Shown: positions 9,653 through 19,869 of the stretch, piece by piece
How the letters are laid out: each line of letters starts with the position of its first letter
Position numbering within the stretch: position 1 is the stretch's first letter
Assembly: GCA_963700635.1 (NCBI GenBank)
Contig: CAVOYH010000003.1
Location: 416,001-480,000, forward strand
From: an uncultured Bacteroidota bacterium
GTDB taxonomy: Bacteria > Bacteroidota > Ignavibacteria > UBA10030 > UBA6906
Reading direction: 5' to 3'
Length of the DNA: 64,000 nucleotides
Notes under the pieces: model-generated
The model's input: only the letters and a program-made list of their open reading frames with translations
Told to the model about the DNA's origin: nothing
The model's database searches: none
Translations under genes and position numbers: made by a program

Positions 9653-12294
9653 GCGGGTTCCAGTACTGCTGTGCTCCGGACTGTGGCAAGGATTTGTGCG
9701 CCAATGTGTGCGCGGCGGACGTCGTCAACGACAGGACCACCTGTCCGCTCGTGAACATAGAATGAATCAACGATACCATCCACACGCGTGGCGATTTTTG
9801 CAAACACGATATTCAAGCCAAGCCGGGAGATGGTTTCCGTCACACGGTAGAGGAAGCCAACGGAATCAGGGGCGTAGACATCGATAATCGTATATCCCGG
9901 GGTTTCCTCAAATTCAACATCCGTCCGGATATTGGGGTTCGCAATCGCCCGTGATCGGCGTTTCCATTTTCTGTGGTGTTCGCGGAACAATTGCCCGACC
10001 TCTATCCGTCCGGCAAGAAGCTCTTTCATCTCACGCGCAATCTTATCACATGCCGCCGGTTCCAGTTGCTGATGGGTGAGCGTCGCGCTGACACGAAACC
10101 GGTCGATGATCACCCCATCGTTGCGTGTGAAGATGTTCGCATCAAAGATATTGGCATCGTTTGCGGCAAGAACGGCACAGAAACGTGAGAGCGCATAGGG
10201 TGCATCGCTGGCGATGACCGTCACTTCGGTATGTGCCTCACGATGGGCGAAGAGGGTCGTCACGTTGTTGGCGATTCTCCCGGCGACGATGTGCTCGGCG
10301 ATTTCCACGGGCGAAAACGCCGCCTGGTATGCATCGGTATTCATTCCCTCCAGATGAGCCGCAACTTCATCCGGGGGGATACTCCGCGCCAGGGTCTGGC
10401 TCAGCGTGGCGACTGCCTCCTGATGCCGGGCTTGATGGTAGTGATCGATCTCGGAGCCGCGCAGGTTTCGTTGCAGGACATCCGCCGTGCGGTGATAAAG
10501 ATCGTGCAGCATCGCCGCCTTCCACTCTGTCCAGACCGACGTGTTCACCGCCGAGAGATCGGCATACGTCAGCACATACAGGTAGTCCAGAAGGTCCGGT
10601 GTTTCGAACCGCGCGGCAAATTCCCGGATCGTCGCGGGGTCATGTACGTTGCGCCGGAATGCTGTTTGCTCCATCATGAGATGATGGCGAACCAGAAAGC
10701 CTACGGCCGGAATATGCTCCGGCATTCCAAGATCCTCCAGCACACGACGCGCTAATTCAACCCCCGTCACTTCGTGGTCGGCGACGCCGAGTGGTTTTGC
10801 AATATCATGCAACAAGATCGCCAGAATCATCACCTCGCGCTCCGCGAGCCCGCGGAATGTCTCGCCCAGAGGGCCCTGATTCTGCCCAAGATGTTCTGCA
10901 TTGGCGATGGCAATGAGCGTGTGTTCATCCGCTGTAAAGTAGTGGTAGACATTGTGCTGGAAAAACGAGACAAGGTCGCCGAAGGGGGGAATGAACCAAC
11001 CGAGCAGATCCAGATCATTCATCATGCGCAACACGGATCCGGCACGCCCTGAGCGGAGGATGCGGCGAAATGCAGGCCTCAGGGCCGGCAGGTTCCGCTG
11101 TTCAACGCTGAGGCGTTCGCCTCCGCGGGCGATCGCGCCCAGAACACGGAAGTCCGGTTCAACCCCCCGTTCTGCAATCAGCGCGAGCGCTTCAAAGATG
11201 ACCACCGGATCATCAATGACCCGGACACCCGGCTTCAACGAAACCCGGGCCTCGCCGATCAGGAGCGGCCCGAGAGATGTGGCCAGACCCTCTGTATGAT
11301 GCGCCGCCGGTTCAATCTCTTCCCTGAACCGCTGGCTGAGAAGCCGGTGCACGCTGTGCACCTGCCTCGCGTGGCGATAGTAGGCGGCCATAAAGACTTC
11401 CACCGAACGCAATTCCGCCTGGCCTCCGAAACCGAGAGCGTTTGCCACATCCCGCTGGAGCGCGTACTCCAGCGTATCGTTCAGCACCTCTCTCTGATAG
11501 TGCATTTCATGGCGTGTCCGCAAAAGAAAGCCGAGCGCTTCCCGCAGCTGCGCAACATCGTCGGCATCCAGCTCGTCGCGCTCCTGCAATCGTTCAAGGA
11601 AGATGAGTGTAGCCGGACGATTATCGACCAGCGTGAACATCGAATCGGGATCTGCGCCGCGATGAAGCCAGAATACCATGTGCATGTCCCGCAAACCACC
11701 CGCGCTCTTCTTGATGTTCGGCTCGAGGAGTTTCACCGAAGAACCGAACCGGTCGTGACGTGCCTGCATATCGGCGAAAACACCTCGAAGAAACCACTGA
11801 TCGGGCCCGAAGCCAACCTGCTTGCGCAGAGCCTCCTGGAATCTCCCGGCGATATCCCTGTTTCCGCTCAGGAATCTCCCCTCCAGCATTGCGGTCCAGG
11901 CGTCATGGGATCGACCGTGAAGTTCGAACGCTTCTTCAAGCGTCCGGACGCTGTGACCGACATCCATCCCGGCATCCCAGAGAAGATGGAGAAACCGCTT
12001 CACCGCAGTTTGTACGTCTTGGCTCCTCCTGTGTGGGTCGATCAACACCATGATGTCAATATCAGAGTGCGGACAGAGCTCACCGCGTCCATACCCCCCG
12101 GTGGCAAGAACAGCACAACTCGACTGGAGCGGGGCCGGAACTCCCCTGTCAAACGCCAGGCGGAGGACGGTATCCAGCGCGTGGCTCAGAGACTGGCAGG
12201 TCTCCCATCCATCCGCCCCCGCCCGGTGAGCCAGACGAACTGTCTCACGTCCGGAGAGAAAGAGAGAGCGGATATCGCTGATTTCCGAAGGCAT
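9649..12294 (-). CDS. glnD: [Protein-PII] uridylyltransferase
   Basis: GGYGRGEL..SDIDI nucleotidyltransferase motif, LEPNIK..GGLRD, HD domain LLHDIAK, two C-terminal ACT domains. Confidence 0.95.
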   Translation of the reverse strand: MPSEISDIRSLFLSGRETVRLAHRAGADGWETCQSLSHALDTVLRLAFDRGVPAPLQSSCAVLATGGYGRGELCPHSDIDIMVLIDPHRRSQDVQTAVKRFLHLLWDAGMDVGHSVRTLEEAFELHGRSHDAWTAMLEGRFLSGNRDIAGRFQEALRKQVGFGPDQWFLRGVFADMQARHDRFGSSVKLLEPNIKKSAGGLRDMHMVFWLHRGADPDSMFTLVDNRPATLIFLERLQERDELDADDVAQLREALGFLLRTRHEMHYQREVLNDTLEYALQRDVANALGFGGQAELRSVEVFMAAYYRHARQVHSVHRLLSQRFREEIEPAAHHTEGLATSLGPLLIGEARVSLKPGVRVIDDPVVIFEALALIAERGVEPDFRVLGAIARGGERLSVEQRNLPALRPAFRRILRSGRAGSVLRMMNDLDLLGWFIPPFGDLVSFFQHNVYHYFTADEHTLIAIANAEHLGQNQGPLGETFRGLAEREVMILAILLHDIAKPLGVADHEVTGVELARRVLEDLGMPEHIPAVGFLVRHHLMMEQTAFRRNVHDPATIREFAARFETPDLLDYLYVLTYADLSAVNTSVWTEWKAAMLHDLYHRTADVLQRNLRGSEIDHYHQARHQEAVATLSQTLARSIPPDEVAAHLEGMNTDAYQAAFSPVEIAEHIVAGRIANNVTTLFAHREAHTEVTVIASDAPYALSRFCAVLAANDANIFDANIFTRNDGVIIDRFRVSATLTHQQLEPAACDKIAREMKELLAGRIEVGQLFREHHRKWKRRSRAIANPNIRTDVEFEETPGYTIIDVYAPDSVGFLYRVTETISRLGLNIVFAKIATRVDGIVDSFYVHERTGGPVVDDVRRAHIGAQILATVRSTAVLEPA

Positions 12295-12454
12295 TGGAGA
12301 AGATACCGATTGGAGCGGGGAGATTCAACTGCGGGACGATTCAATCGCCCGCCGATTGCGGAAACAACAGAGTTTACCTATATTCTTTCACATTGGGTTC
12401 TGAGTCAGGAATAGACACAAACCACCATCCATCCATATACCTGTCGAGGCCGCC

Positions 12455-12724
12455 ATGAACCAACCACTCCCCACCGCCCAGCCCAGCACCGAACCATTGA
12501 GCACAAAAGACTGGTTCATCACGCTGCTCATCACCTATATCCCCCTCGTAGGTCTGATCATGTTGTTGGTGTGGGCTTTCGACAGCAGCACAAACCTGAA
12601 CAAAAAGAACTTTGCCAAAGCATCATTGATATGGGTCCTCGTTGGCATCGGCCTTGCCATCATCTTCTTTGTGATTTTCGCGAGCGTGCTGATGGGGGTG
12701 CTGGGATCGATGGAAAGTTACTAA
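12455..12724 (+). CDS. Small membrane protein
   Basis: Hydrophobic helices; W.ITLLI..IP.VGLIMLLVWAF...N..N.AKA pattern; GAGG ribosome-binding site. Confidence 0.75.
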   Translation: MNQPLPTAQPSTEPLSTKDWFITLLITYIPLVGLIMLLVWAFDSSTNLNKKNFAKASLIWVLVGIGLAIIFFVIFASVLMGVLGSMESY

Positions 12725-12755
12725 GAAGAAACGATCGCTGCAGATCCCGGTGGAA

Positions 12756-12778
12756 TGCGGCGATTTGCACACGCCGCA
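12756..12778. terminator. Hairpin between convergent genes, probable terminator
   Basis: TGCGGCG-9 nt-CGCCGCA stem between two convergent stop codons. Confidence 0.5.
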
Positions 12779-12780
12779 CT

Positions 12781-14145
12781 TTAGGTTTCCTCACCTTCCC
12801 CCTCTTCCAGGGCTTGCTCCAACAGGCGGGGGGGAAGGCTTTTACTCGCTTTGGCTCCCATTTCCTTCAGCTCGGCGGCTCTCCGAATGATATTTCCTCT
12901 CCCTGCGGACAACTTGTTCATGGCGTTGGTATGAGCCTCGCGCGCGGCTTCCAGTTTGTCGCCGACCGCGCCCAGGTCCGCCAAAAATGCCACGAACTTG
13001 TCGTGCAACTCCCCGCTTTTCCGGGCAATCTCCAGCGCATTCCGACTCTGACTTTCCTGACGCCACATGCCTCCGATGGTGCGCAGGGTTGCCAGTAACG
13101 TCGATGTCGTGACAATCACAATATTCCGGTCGAAGGCGTCATTGAACAGCGTGATGTCGTTCTTCATCGCCAGGGAAAATGCCGGTTCCAGGGGAACAAA
13201 CATCAGGACAAAATCCACACTCTGAATGCCGTGAATATTCTGGTACCCCTTCTCACTGAGCATCTTGATGTGGCGGCGTATCGAGTCGACATGCTGGGCA
13301 AGAAACTCCTTCTGAGTGACAGGATCCTCTGCTTTGTTGTATTCTGTGTACGCCGTGAGCGACACTTTCGAATCGATCACCAGATGCTTGTTGTCGGGCA
13401 ACAGGATTACCACGTCAGGTCTCTGTGTCTTCCCTTCCTGCCCCTGCAGGGACTCCTGCACAAGGTAATGCGTCCCTTTAGTGAGGCCGGACCGTTCGAG
13501 AATCTGCTCCAGAATCAATTCACCCCAATCCCCCTGTGTTTTTGACTGCCCTTTGAGAGCCGTCGTCAGATTCGACGCTTCGAGCGTAATCTGCTGGTTC
13601 AGGTCGGTCAGATGCCTGATTTGTTCCGCAAGCGTTGCGCGTTCGCGTGCTTCGCTGGCGTATGTCGTGGAGATCGTCTTCTCGAATTCGCGGATTTTTT
13701 CTTGCAGAGGCGTCAGGAGCGCACCCAGATTGTCTTTGTTCAACTCCGTAAACTTGCGGCTTTTATCCTCCAGAATGTCGTTGGCCAGGTTCTTGAACGC
13801 CGCGGTGAATTGTTCCTGAAGCTCCCGTACCTGATCCTTCTGCTCCAGCAGTTTTGATTCAGTGTTTTTCATCTCCGTCTCTGCCACAGCAAGTGAAGAC
13901 CGGGTCTGGACGAGGGCAACGCGTTCCCGGGAAAGTTCATCCTGAACCCGCCCGATCTGTTCTTCCAACAACGACGATCGCTCCTCAGTCTTGCCCTTCT
14001 CGAGCTGCAGCGAAACGATCTGCGTGCGCAGTGTCTCAACATCCTCCCTGGGGACACCACGATGACGCTCAAACCGGAGCTTCAGAACGAGATACGTCAG
14101 AAGCGCTCCAAAGGCAAAACTGGCGAGAAGAAAAAGAATGTCCAT
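12781..14145 (-). CDS. rmuC: DNA recombination protein RmuC
   Basis: N-terminal transmembrane helix, coiled coil, QGDWGE, RPDV, IDSKVSL and DFVLMFVP motifs. Confidence 0.95.
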   Translation of the reverse strand: MDILFLLASFAFGALLTYLVLKLRFERHRGVPREDVETLRTQIVSLQLEKGKTEERSSLLEEQIGRVQDELSRERVALVQTRSSLAVAETEMKNTESKLLEQKDQVRELQEQFTAAFKNLANDILEDKSRKFTELNKDNLGALLTPLQEKIREFEKTISTTYASEARERATLAEQIRHLTDLNQQITLEASNLTTALKGQSKTQGDWGELILEQILERSGLTKGTHYLVQESLQGQEGKTQRPDVVILLPDNKHLVIDSKVSLTAYTEYNKAEDPVTQKEFLAQHVDSIRRHIKMLSEKGYQNIHGIQSVDFVLMFVPLEPAFSLAMKNDITLFNDAFDRNIVIVTTSTLLATLRTIGGMWRQESQSRNALEIARKSGELHDKFVAFLADLGAVGDKLEAAREAHTNAMNKLSAGRGNIIRRAAELKEMGAKASKSLPPRLLEQALEEGEGEET

Positions 14146-14157
14146 GGGGATTTCCGT

Positions 14158-14811
14158 TCACTGTCCGGGAAAACCGAATACGCCCAGCAGCACATCCGCA
14201 AGCGCCCGCACAACCTTACCGATTGGCAGGATATCGATGTGCAGCAGCTGTTCGGCCAGAATGATGGCAAACAACCCGTACGTCCCGTACCGGAAATACC
14301 GGTGGGCATTGGGCGTATCGCCGATGTTCAAAACGCTGAGAAGGACATGCGAGCCATCAAGCGGCGGTACCGGGATGGAGTTGAACACAAACAACCCGAG
14401 ATTGATATAGATTCCGGCAATAAGCGTATTGAGCATCCACCCGTACACGGTATCACCGTCATAGGGGAAGAGGGCAAGGGCAAGGGTGAGTACCGCCGCA
14501 CCGAGAATGCTGAGGCCGAGATTGGAAAGAGGTCCGGCAGAAGCGATGAGCGCGTCATCGCGGCGAGGATTACTGAGCTTCGAACGGTCGATCATCACCG
14601 GCTTGGCCCACCCGAAACCGGCAATCACGATAAACACCAGTCCCAGCATGTCAATGTGGACGAGCGGATTAAGCGACGCTCTCCCCATCAGTTTCGCCGT
14701 GTCATCGCCGAGCCGTGACGCAACATATGCATGCGCAAACTCGTGGATGGTCAGCCCGAGAATGATCCCCGGGAGTAGCAGGAGCATGCTCTCAACACTC
14801 AATAAGCCCAT
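14158..14811 (-). CDS. Site-2 protease (M50 family)
   Basis: HEFAH, AGPLSN and FNSIPVPPLDG motifs. Confidence 0.9.
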   Translation of the reverse strand: MGLLSVESMLLLLPGIILGLTIHEFAHAYVASRLGDDTAKLMGRASLNPLVHIDMLGLVFIVIAGFGWAKPVMIDRSKLSNPRRDDALIASAGPLSNLGLSILGAAVLTLALALFPYDGDTVYGWMLNTLIAGIYINLGLFVFNSIPVPPLDGSHVLLSVLNIGDTPNAHRYFRYGTYGLFAIILAEQLLHIDILPIGKVVRALADVLLGVFGFPGQ

Positions 14812-14839
14812 ATCAAGGTTCTTTCCCGCGGAACGGTGT

Positions 14840-17266
14840 TTACATGCGTTTCGACCGCAACACAACTCTTCCCGGACTCACATGATGTTTCTCGCCGTTC
14901 GGGAAAATTGCCTCCACCCATACCCCGCGTGGTGACGTTATCGTCATCTCATACAGCTTTTCGGTTTGTCGCCATTGGACGGCAATGAGTCCGGAAGGGC
15001 TGTTGAACGACGCCAGGGTATACTTCAGAGCGCCGGGACTGGGAGCAACATACACTTTCCGCCAGCCGACACTCCCCGGTTGTTGCCTGATCCCTGCAAG
15101 GTAGGCAAACTGCCATTCCATCAAATGACCGAGCATAAAATGGTTCATGCTGTTTGGTGTGCCGGGACGGGCATCCCAGCTTTCAGGCAGCGTGGTAAAC
15201 CCCTGTTTCACCATGTACCCGTATCCGCCACGCTCTTCACGCGCATACACACGATGGAGAATGTCATTCCGCCCTGCTTCAGCCAGTGTGCGGACGAAGA
15301 ACACCTGAAGCACTTCTCCCACTGTCTGCTGCCATGCACGTTTTTCAAGATCGTCTACGATACCCTTGAGCACTGCCGGACGGTCCTGCTCGGGCACCAG
15401 TCCAACCCAGAGTGCCACGCTGTGTGCCGCCTGGCATGAGCCGTTGTTCCTGACGATCTTGGTGGTGTCATTGTAGAAGTGGCGCTGAAAATCCTTTCGC
15501 ACTTTTTCAAACAGACCTCTGTACCGTTTTGCATCGGCAGGTCGTCTTAAAACGGTTGCCGCATCTGCAACGGTTTTCGCGCCCAGCGCCCAGATGGCGG
15601 TTGCACTGACCTCGTTCGGCGTCCAGCGGGACGGGCCATCACCCATGCCGTGACCGTAGTCATACCAATCGCCGAGGTTGCTCGTGATAATCCCGTCCTT
15701 TGCCAGGGACGACAGATAGTCGATGTACTTCTTCATGCTTTCATAATTGGATTTCAGGACGGATGTGTCGCCATACCATTCATACACATGCCAGGGTATC
15801 AACACACCGGAGATGCCCCATTCGGGCGCTTCGTTCCAGTACCCGTGCGGCGGGATCCCTACAAGGTAGTTCGGACAGTTTGTCGGAATATGCCCGTCCG
15901 GCAGTTGTGTATCCCGCACGTCCCGTGCAATTTTTGCCAGCCAGGTGCGGATGTCGAACCGATAACTCATCGCACGCGCCATGTGCCAGTTTTCTTCCTG
16001 CCAGCCGTTTTTCTCACGATGCGGACAGTCCGTGGCAACGTAGCTCATGTTCGATCGGATCGCCCAGTCAATCATCTGATGTGCGCCATTCTGCAGCGGA
16101 TCGGAACTCATAAATGTTCCGGCCACAGCATTGGCCGCGCGGACATGCACAAGATCCATACTTTTCACAACAGGCAACCCTTCGGGATTGGGATAACCTT
16201 CCGGGACCGCCCCCGTAACTCCAACATACTGGGACCCCACATAGCAGAAAAGAATCTGATGTGACTCCGGTCCCCCGCCGCGCAACGTGTAGTCGTGCCA
16301 GATATCCTTTCCCGTTCCCCATGTATAGGTGAATCGGACCTGCCCGGTGGAGTCCATGTATTCACAAGGCTTAAACCGTATGGTATTGCCCGCATCACCT
16401 TCAACGGTGAATCTCAGAAGCGCAGAGCAATTCTGCGGAAACACATACGTAAACTCTCCTGCCCGTGGGTTCTTTATTTCGGACGGCAGAAAGACCTCGA
16501 AGGCTTTGAGCGGGGGGGCCGCGTATCGTTCTACCACGCCGGGCGGAGGAGGAACGGGCAGTACCGGTTTCCATGACTGATCGTCAAAGCCGGCGGTGTT
16601 CCACCCGGGTTGCACCCGGCGCGCATCATAATCTTCCCCCGCATAAATATGGGAAAACGTCAATGGACTCTCCGACCATTTCCAGGCACTATCGGAGGTG
16701 ACTGTCCGGACTTTGCCGTCGGCCATGGTCAGGCGCGCCTCAAGCCAGAAGAGATAGGGGTGGGCACCGGCGAAATCCGGCATGGCATCGGTCTTGACAT
16801 ACCGATTCGAATCGTTCGCCGCACCGACATACCAGAATGAATTTCCCAGCTGTGCCCCGATCACATTTTCACCTTGTCTCAACTGGGAACTGATGTCAAA
16901 TTCCTGCCAGTAGAGTGTCTTGTTGTACTGCGACCAGGGTTGATTGACGAGTGATTCGCCAACACGTTTGCCGTTCATCGTCAACTCGAAATGGCCGAGG
17001 CCGATTACACGAACCGAACCTGAGAGAGGCCGGTCGGGCAGGGTGAACGATGTGCGAAGTAACGGGCATGGCGTTGCCGGGGAGTTCTGCTCAGCGCCAA
17101 AGGGGATGATCCACTGGCTCCGGTGACTGTCGGACCCGGCACGCGGCACCGCTCGAGCACTCCCGCAGAGTGCCCCGATGCAAACCACAAGCCACAAAAT
17201 GGTACTACAGACCAGGATCTTCCTGTTGAAGCGATTGTACAGTTCAAGCAGATGGGGTAGTTTCAT
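14840..17266 (-). CDS. Alpha-L-rhamnosidase-like glycoside hydrolase (GH78)
   Basis: GEDYDAR, TDCPHREKNGW, GDW, TTLPESW and SMNHFMLG motifs. Confidence 0.88.
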   Translation of the reverse strand: MKLPHLLELYNRFNRKILVCSTILWLVVCIGALCGSARAVPRAGSDSHRSQWIIPFGAEQNSPATPCPLLRTSFTLPDRPLSGSVRVIGLGHFELTMNGKRVGESLVNQPWSQYNKTLYWQEFDISSQLRQGENVIGAQLGNSFWYVGAANDSNRYVKTDAMPDFAGAHPYLFWLEARLTMADGKVRTVTSDSAWKWSESPLTFSHIYAGEDYDARRVQPGWNTAGFDDQSWKPVLPVPPPPGVVERYAAPPLKAFEVFLPSEIKNPRAGEFTYVFPQNCSALLRFTVEGDAGNTIRFKPCEYMDSTGQVRFTYTWGTGKDIWHDYTLRGGGPESHQILFCYVGSQYVGVTGAVPEGYPNPEGLPVVKSMDLVHVRAANAVAGTFMSSDPLQNGAHQMIDWAIRSNMSYVATDCPHREKNGWQEENWHMARAMSYRFDIRTWLAKIARDVRDTQLPDGHIPTNCPNYLVGIPPHGYWNEAPEWGISGVLIPWHVYEWYGDTSVLKSNYESMKKYIDYLSSLAKDGIITSNLGDWYDYGHGMGDGPSRWTPNEVSATAIWALGAKTVADAATVLRRPADAKRYRGLFEKVRKDFQRHFYNDTTKIVRNNGSCQAAHSVALWVGLVPEQDRPAVLKGIVDDLEKRAWQQTVGEVLQVFFVRTLAEAGRNDILHRVYAREERGGYGYMVKQGFTTLPESWDARPGTPNSMNHFMLGHLMEWQFAYLAGIRQQPGSVGWRKVYVAPSPGALKYTLASFNSPSGLIAVQWRQTEKLYEMTITSPRGVWVEAIFPNGEKHHVSPGRVVLRSKRM

Positions 17267-17362
17267 AGACGATACTGATTGCCGGGATTTGGGGAATGGG
17301 ATTCGGACCGAAAGGCACCATAGGGAACAAGATACGCAGTACAATCCGGGGTCGCAACCTTA

Positions 17363-17731
17363 TTACACCTGACGGATTTTCATACTTTCATTATAACCCC
17401 GCTCACCGAAGGGTTGAAGCGCTTCCAGCCAGATCTGCTCCAGGAGCGTGAGTTCGTCGTCCACATCGAATCCCTCATCATCTTTGATCCGGACCTCTTC
17501 CAGAATCTCGAAAAGGAACTTGTCCGGACCGTACGTATCCCAGTCACGCTGCAGGGCTGTGTTGTCATGCCATCCGATTGTCAGCATGAACCTGTGACGG
17601 TTCAGCGGTCCTTCGAGGTTCAGACTGCTCCCCAGCATCACTTTGCCGTTTGCTGTGTTCTTAATCTGAAACACTCCCGCCGGCTTTTTCCGCTCCCTGT
17701 ATTCCCTTTTTATCTCCTGCCGCGTTTTCAG
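17363..17731 (-). CDS. GIY-YIG nuclease-like small protein; start uncertain
   Basis: Frame extends upstream of the ORF call as KTRQEIKREYRERKKPAGVFQIKN; also GSSLNL and LQRDWDTYG..F.FEILE. Confidence 0.75.
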   Translation of the reverse strand: MKTRQEIKREYRERKKPAGVFQIKNTANGKVMLGSSLNLEGPLNRHRFMLTIGWHDNTALQRDWDTYGPDKFLFEILEEVRIKDDEGFDVDDELTLLEQIWLEALQPFGERGYNESMKIRQV

Positions 17732-17918
17732 TTCATCTCCACGATTGGATCGTACCTGATACGTAATGCCGGCGTCACATCTGTGGTCCGCACTCTCGTC
17801 ATCGCCATCACGCCGCGTTCTTCGACAAGTTTCACCTTCAAGCCTATCGCCCTCGGCGGTATGCCTTAAAAGTCTTGACCTCTTTTCTTCTCATATCCGA
17901 AACCGGTCTCGATCTGTA

Positions 17919-18215
17919 TCAAACCCGGTGGTGCTTTTTCTTCTTTCGGGTCAGAGTAATACCTCCGAACCCCGCGATAACAGCGATATAGAATCCTAAA
18001 TCATACCACCAGCCGGTATTAGCCGGTTCGTAGATCCGAACACCGTCTTTAAACAAGCCCACGATCAACGAGATGGGGGCGATCCAGCCGTGCCAGACGC
18101 CGGAGAAGAAACCGGCGGGTTCCTGTGTTGAATATGTGCTCCCACCAGGAAAGCAACCGCTGAATGTTATCGTGATTACAACGACACACAGTAAAGCGAC
18201 AAGTATTTTTCTCAT
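17919..18215 (-). CDS. Small membrane lipoprotein
   Basis: Lipobox FSGC; PAGFFSGVWHGWIAP and NTGWWYDLGF; GAGG ribosome-binding site. Confidence 0.75.
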   Translation of the reverse strand: MRKILVALLCVVVITITFSGCFPGGSTYSTQEPAGFFSGVWHGWIAPISLIVGLFKDGVRIYEPANTGWWYDLGFYIAVIAGFGGITLTRKKKKHHRV

Positions 18216-18271
18216 GGTCACCTCTTTGATCAGACAAGTTGTCATGGCTGAAACGTAAGGGGTTTGACTGT

Positions 18272-19264
18272 TCACTCCCGGGCCTGGCCCAGACTCTTTG
18301 CGAGGGCACGGATCGGGCCAAGTGCCGATTTGTAGCCGATGGCGATCACCTCTTCGGCGCGGTCGAATTCAAGAAGATGCACCGAACCCAGCGGCGGCCG
18401 GATGAGAATCTCCGGCTGTTCGATATCCAGCCGGCTCTCCGTGAGGCGTACCTGCATGATATGCATCGATGCCAGCAACACTTCGGTCATGCTGGGAAGC
18501 GGATCCTTATCAAGCCACGCGCGGACCCGAACTACCGCCGGATGTTCTGTTGTTTGAAGTCCTTTCCCCATGCGCGAAGCGGCCCAGACATAATTCCTCA
18601 CACCAAGACGGGCAAGAGCGGCGCTGCGCTTCTGTCCGGCCCGTGCTTTTCGCCTGTGCGCCTTGCCGGCGACAATTTCATGATTAAGGTCAATCGCGAC
18701 AACCAGGTCTGCTCCCAGAGCACGGGCTGCATCGACCGGCACCGGGTTGACAAGTCCGCCATCAACCAGAATCCGGGAATCTCTGCGTACGGGGGTAAAG
18801 ATGCCGGGGACGGAAATACTGGCGCGAACCGCTTCGACCAGGTTGCCCTCACGGATAACGACCTCTTCCCCGTTAGAGATGTCGGTGGCAACCGCACAGA
18901 ACGGGACGGGCAGTTCTCCGATGGACTGTAACGGCACATGGGTGCGCAGAAACTCCGCGATCTTCTTCCCATTGATGAGTCCGGATCTGGGGAATACCGG
19001 GTCGAACAATGAGCCGATGGATCTCCAGTCAAAGTTCCGGAAGGCATGCTCCAGGGCATCGAGTCTGCCTGACGCATACACGGCGCCGATCAAGGCGCCC
19101 ATGCTGGTCCCGGCCACCACATCCACCTTGATCCCCATCTCTTCGATCGCGCGGATTACCCCGATATGAGCCAGCCCCCTGGCCGAGCCGCTGCCCAGAA
19201 CAAGTCCAATCTTCGGCCGGGGTGTTGTGGATTCCGGCGGGATCCTGATACGAGGCGGCGTCAT
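18272..19264 (-). CDS. Patatin-like phospholipase (RssA/NTE family)
   Basis: GSGSARG, GTSMG and DGG motifs. Confidence 0.92.
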   Translation of the reverse strand: MTPPRIRIPPESTTPRPKIGLVLGSGSARGLAHIGVIRAIEEMGIKVDVVAGTSMGALIGAVYASGRLDALEHAFRNFDWRSIGSLFDPVFPRSGLINGKKIAEFLRTHVPLQSIGELPVPFCAVATDISNGEEVVIREGNLVEAVRASISVPGIFTPVRRDSRILVDGGLVNPVPVDAARALGADLVVAIDLNHEIVAGKAHRRKARAGQKRSAALARLGVRNYVWAASRMGKGLQTTEHPAVVRVRAWLDKDPLPSMTEVLLASMHIMQVRLTESRLDIEQPEILIRPPLGSVHLLEFDRAEEVIAIGYKSALGPIRALAKSLGQARE

Positions 19265-19869
19265 ATTCTGGCAAAGTCCCGTGCTTCTGGACCCCACGGT
19301 GCAGCATGCTGTATGGCCGCCACCACTTCATCTGCCCGGCTCACGTGGCTCCACATTGCCCGGTGACGGACATCCATAAAGTTTTCCCGGATCGCCCCCT
19401 CGAGAAATGTCAGAAGGGGATCAAAAAAACCGCTGATATTAACAAGCACGATCGGGTTCACATACAATCCGAGGCGTTTCAGGGTCACAGCTTCAAAGAG
19501 TTCCTCCAATGTACCCGAGCCACCCGGGAGCGCAACAACCGCATCCGTATTTTCGATCATTATCCGTTTGCGCTCATGGAGGTCGTTGACGAGACGTAAT
19601 TCCGAGAGCCCCGGATGGCCCCATTCAACATCATTCATAAAGCGGGGGAGGACGCCAAGAACGTGTCCACCCTCCTTGAGCGCCCCGTCGGCAAGCGCGC
19701 CCATGAGCCCGCTGCCTCCACCGCCATACACCAGAGTTATACCCTCGCGTGCCAGAAGCCGGCCAAGCTGTTCGGCGGCTTCGAAATATCGGGCGTCGAC
19801 CTTCCGGCTTGAGGCACAATAGACACAGACTCGTCGAATGGCGCGCGGAATGGTTGTGCCCTTGTTCAT
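19261..19869 (-). CDS. LOG-family (TIGR00730) nucleotide phosphoribohydrolase
   Basis: LVYGGG..GLMG and PGGSGTLEE motifs. Confidence 0.92.
   Translation of the reverse strand: MNKGTTIPRAIRRVCVYCASSRKVDARYFEAAEQLGRLLAREGITLVYGGGGSGLMGALADGALKEGGHVLGVLPRFMNDVEWGHPGLSELRLVNDLHERKRIMIENTDAVVALPGGSGTLEELFEAVTLKRLGLYVNPIVLVNISGFFDPLLTFLEGAIRENFMDVRHRAMWSHVSRADEVVAAIQHAAPWGPEARDFARI

Noticed and set aside
11296-12414. 372-aa plus-strand ORF and many similar antisense ORFs
   Set aside because: Shadow frames of well-supported genes (here glnD), expected at this GC content
17740-17900. GGCGATGA motif suggesting a fluoride riboswitch
   Set aside because: Pseudoknot partner sequences are absent and it is not upstream of the CLC gene
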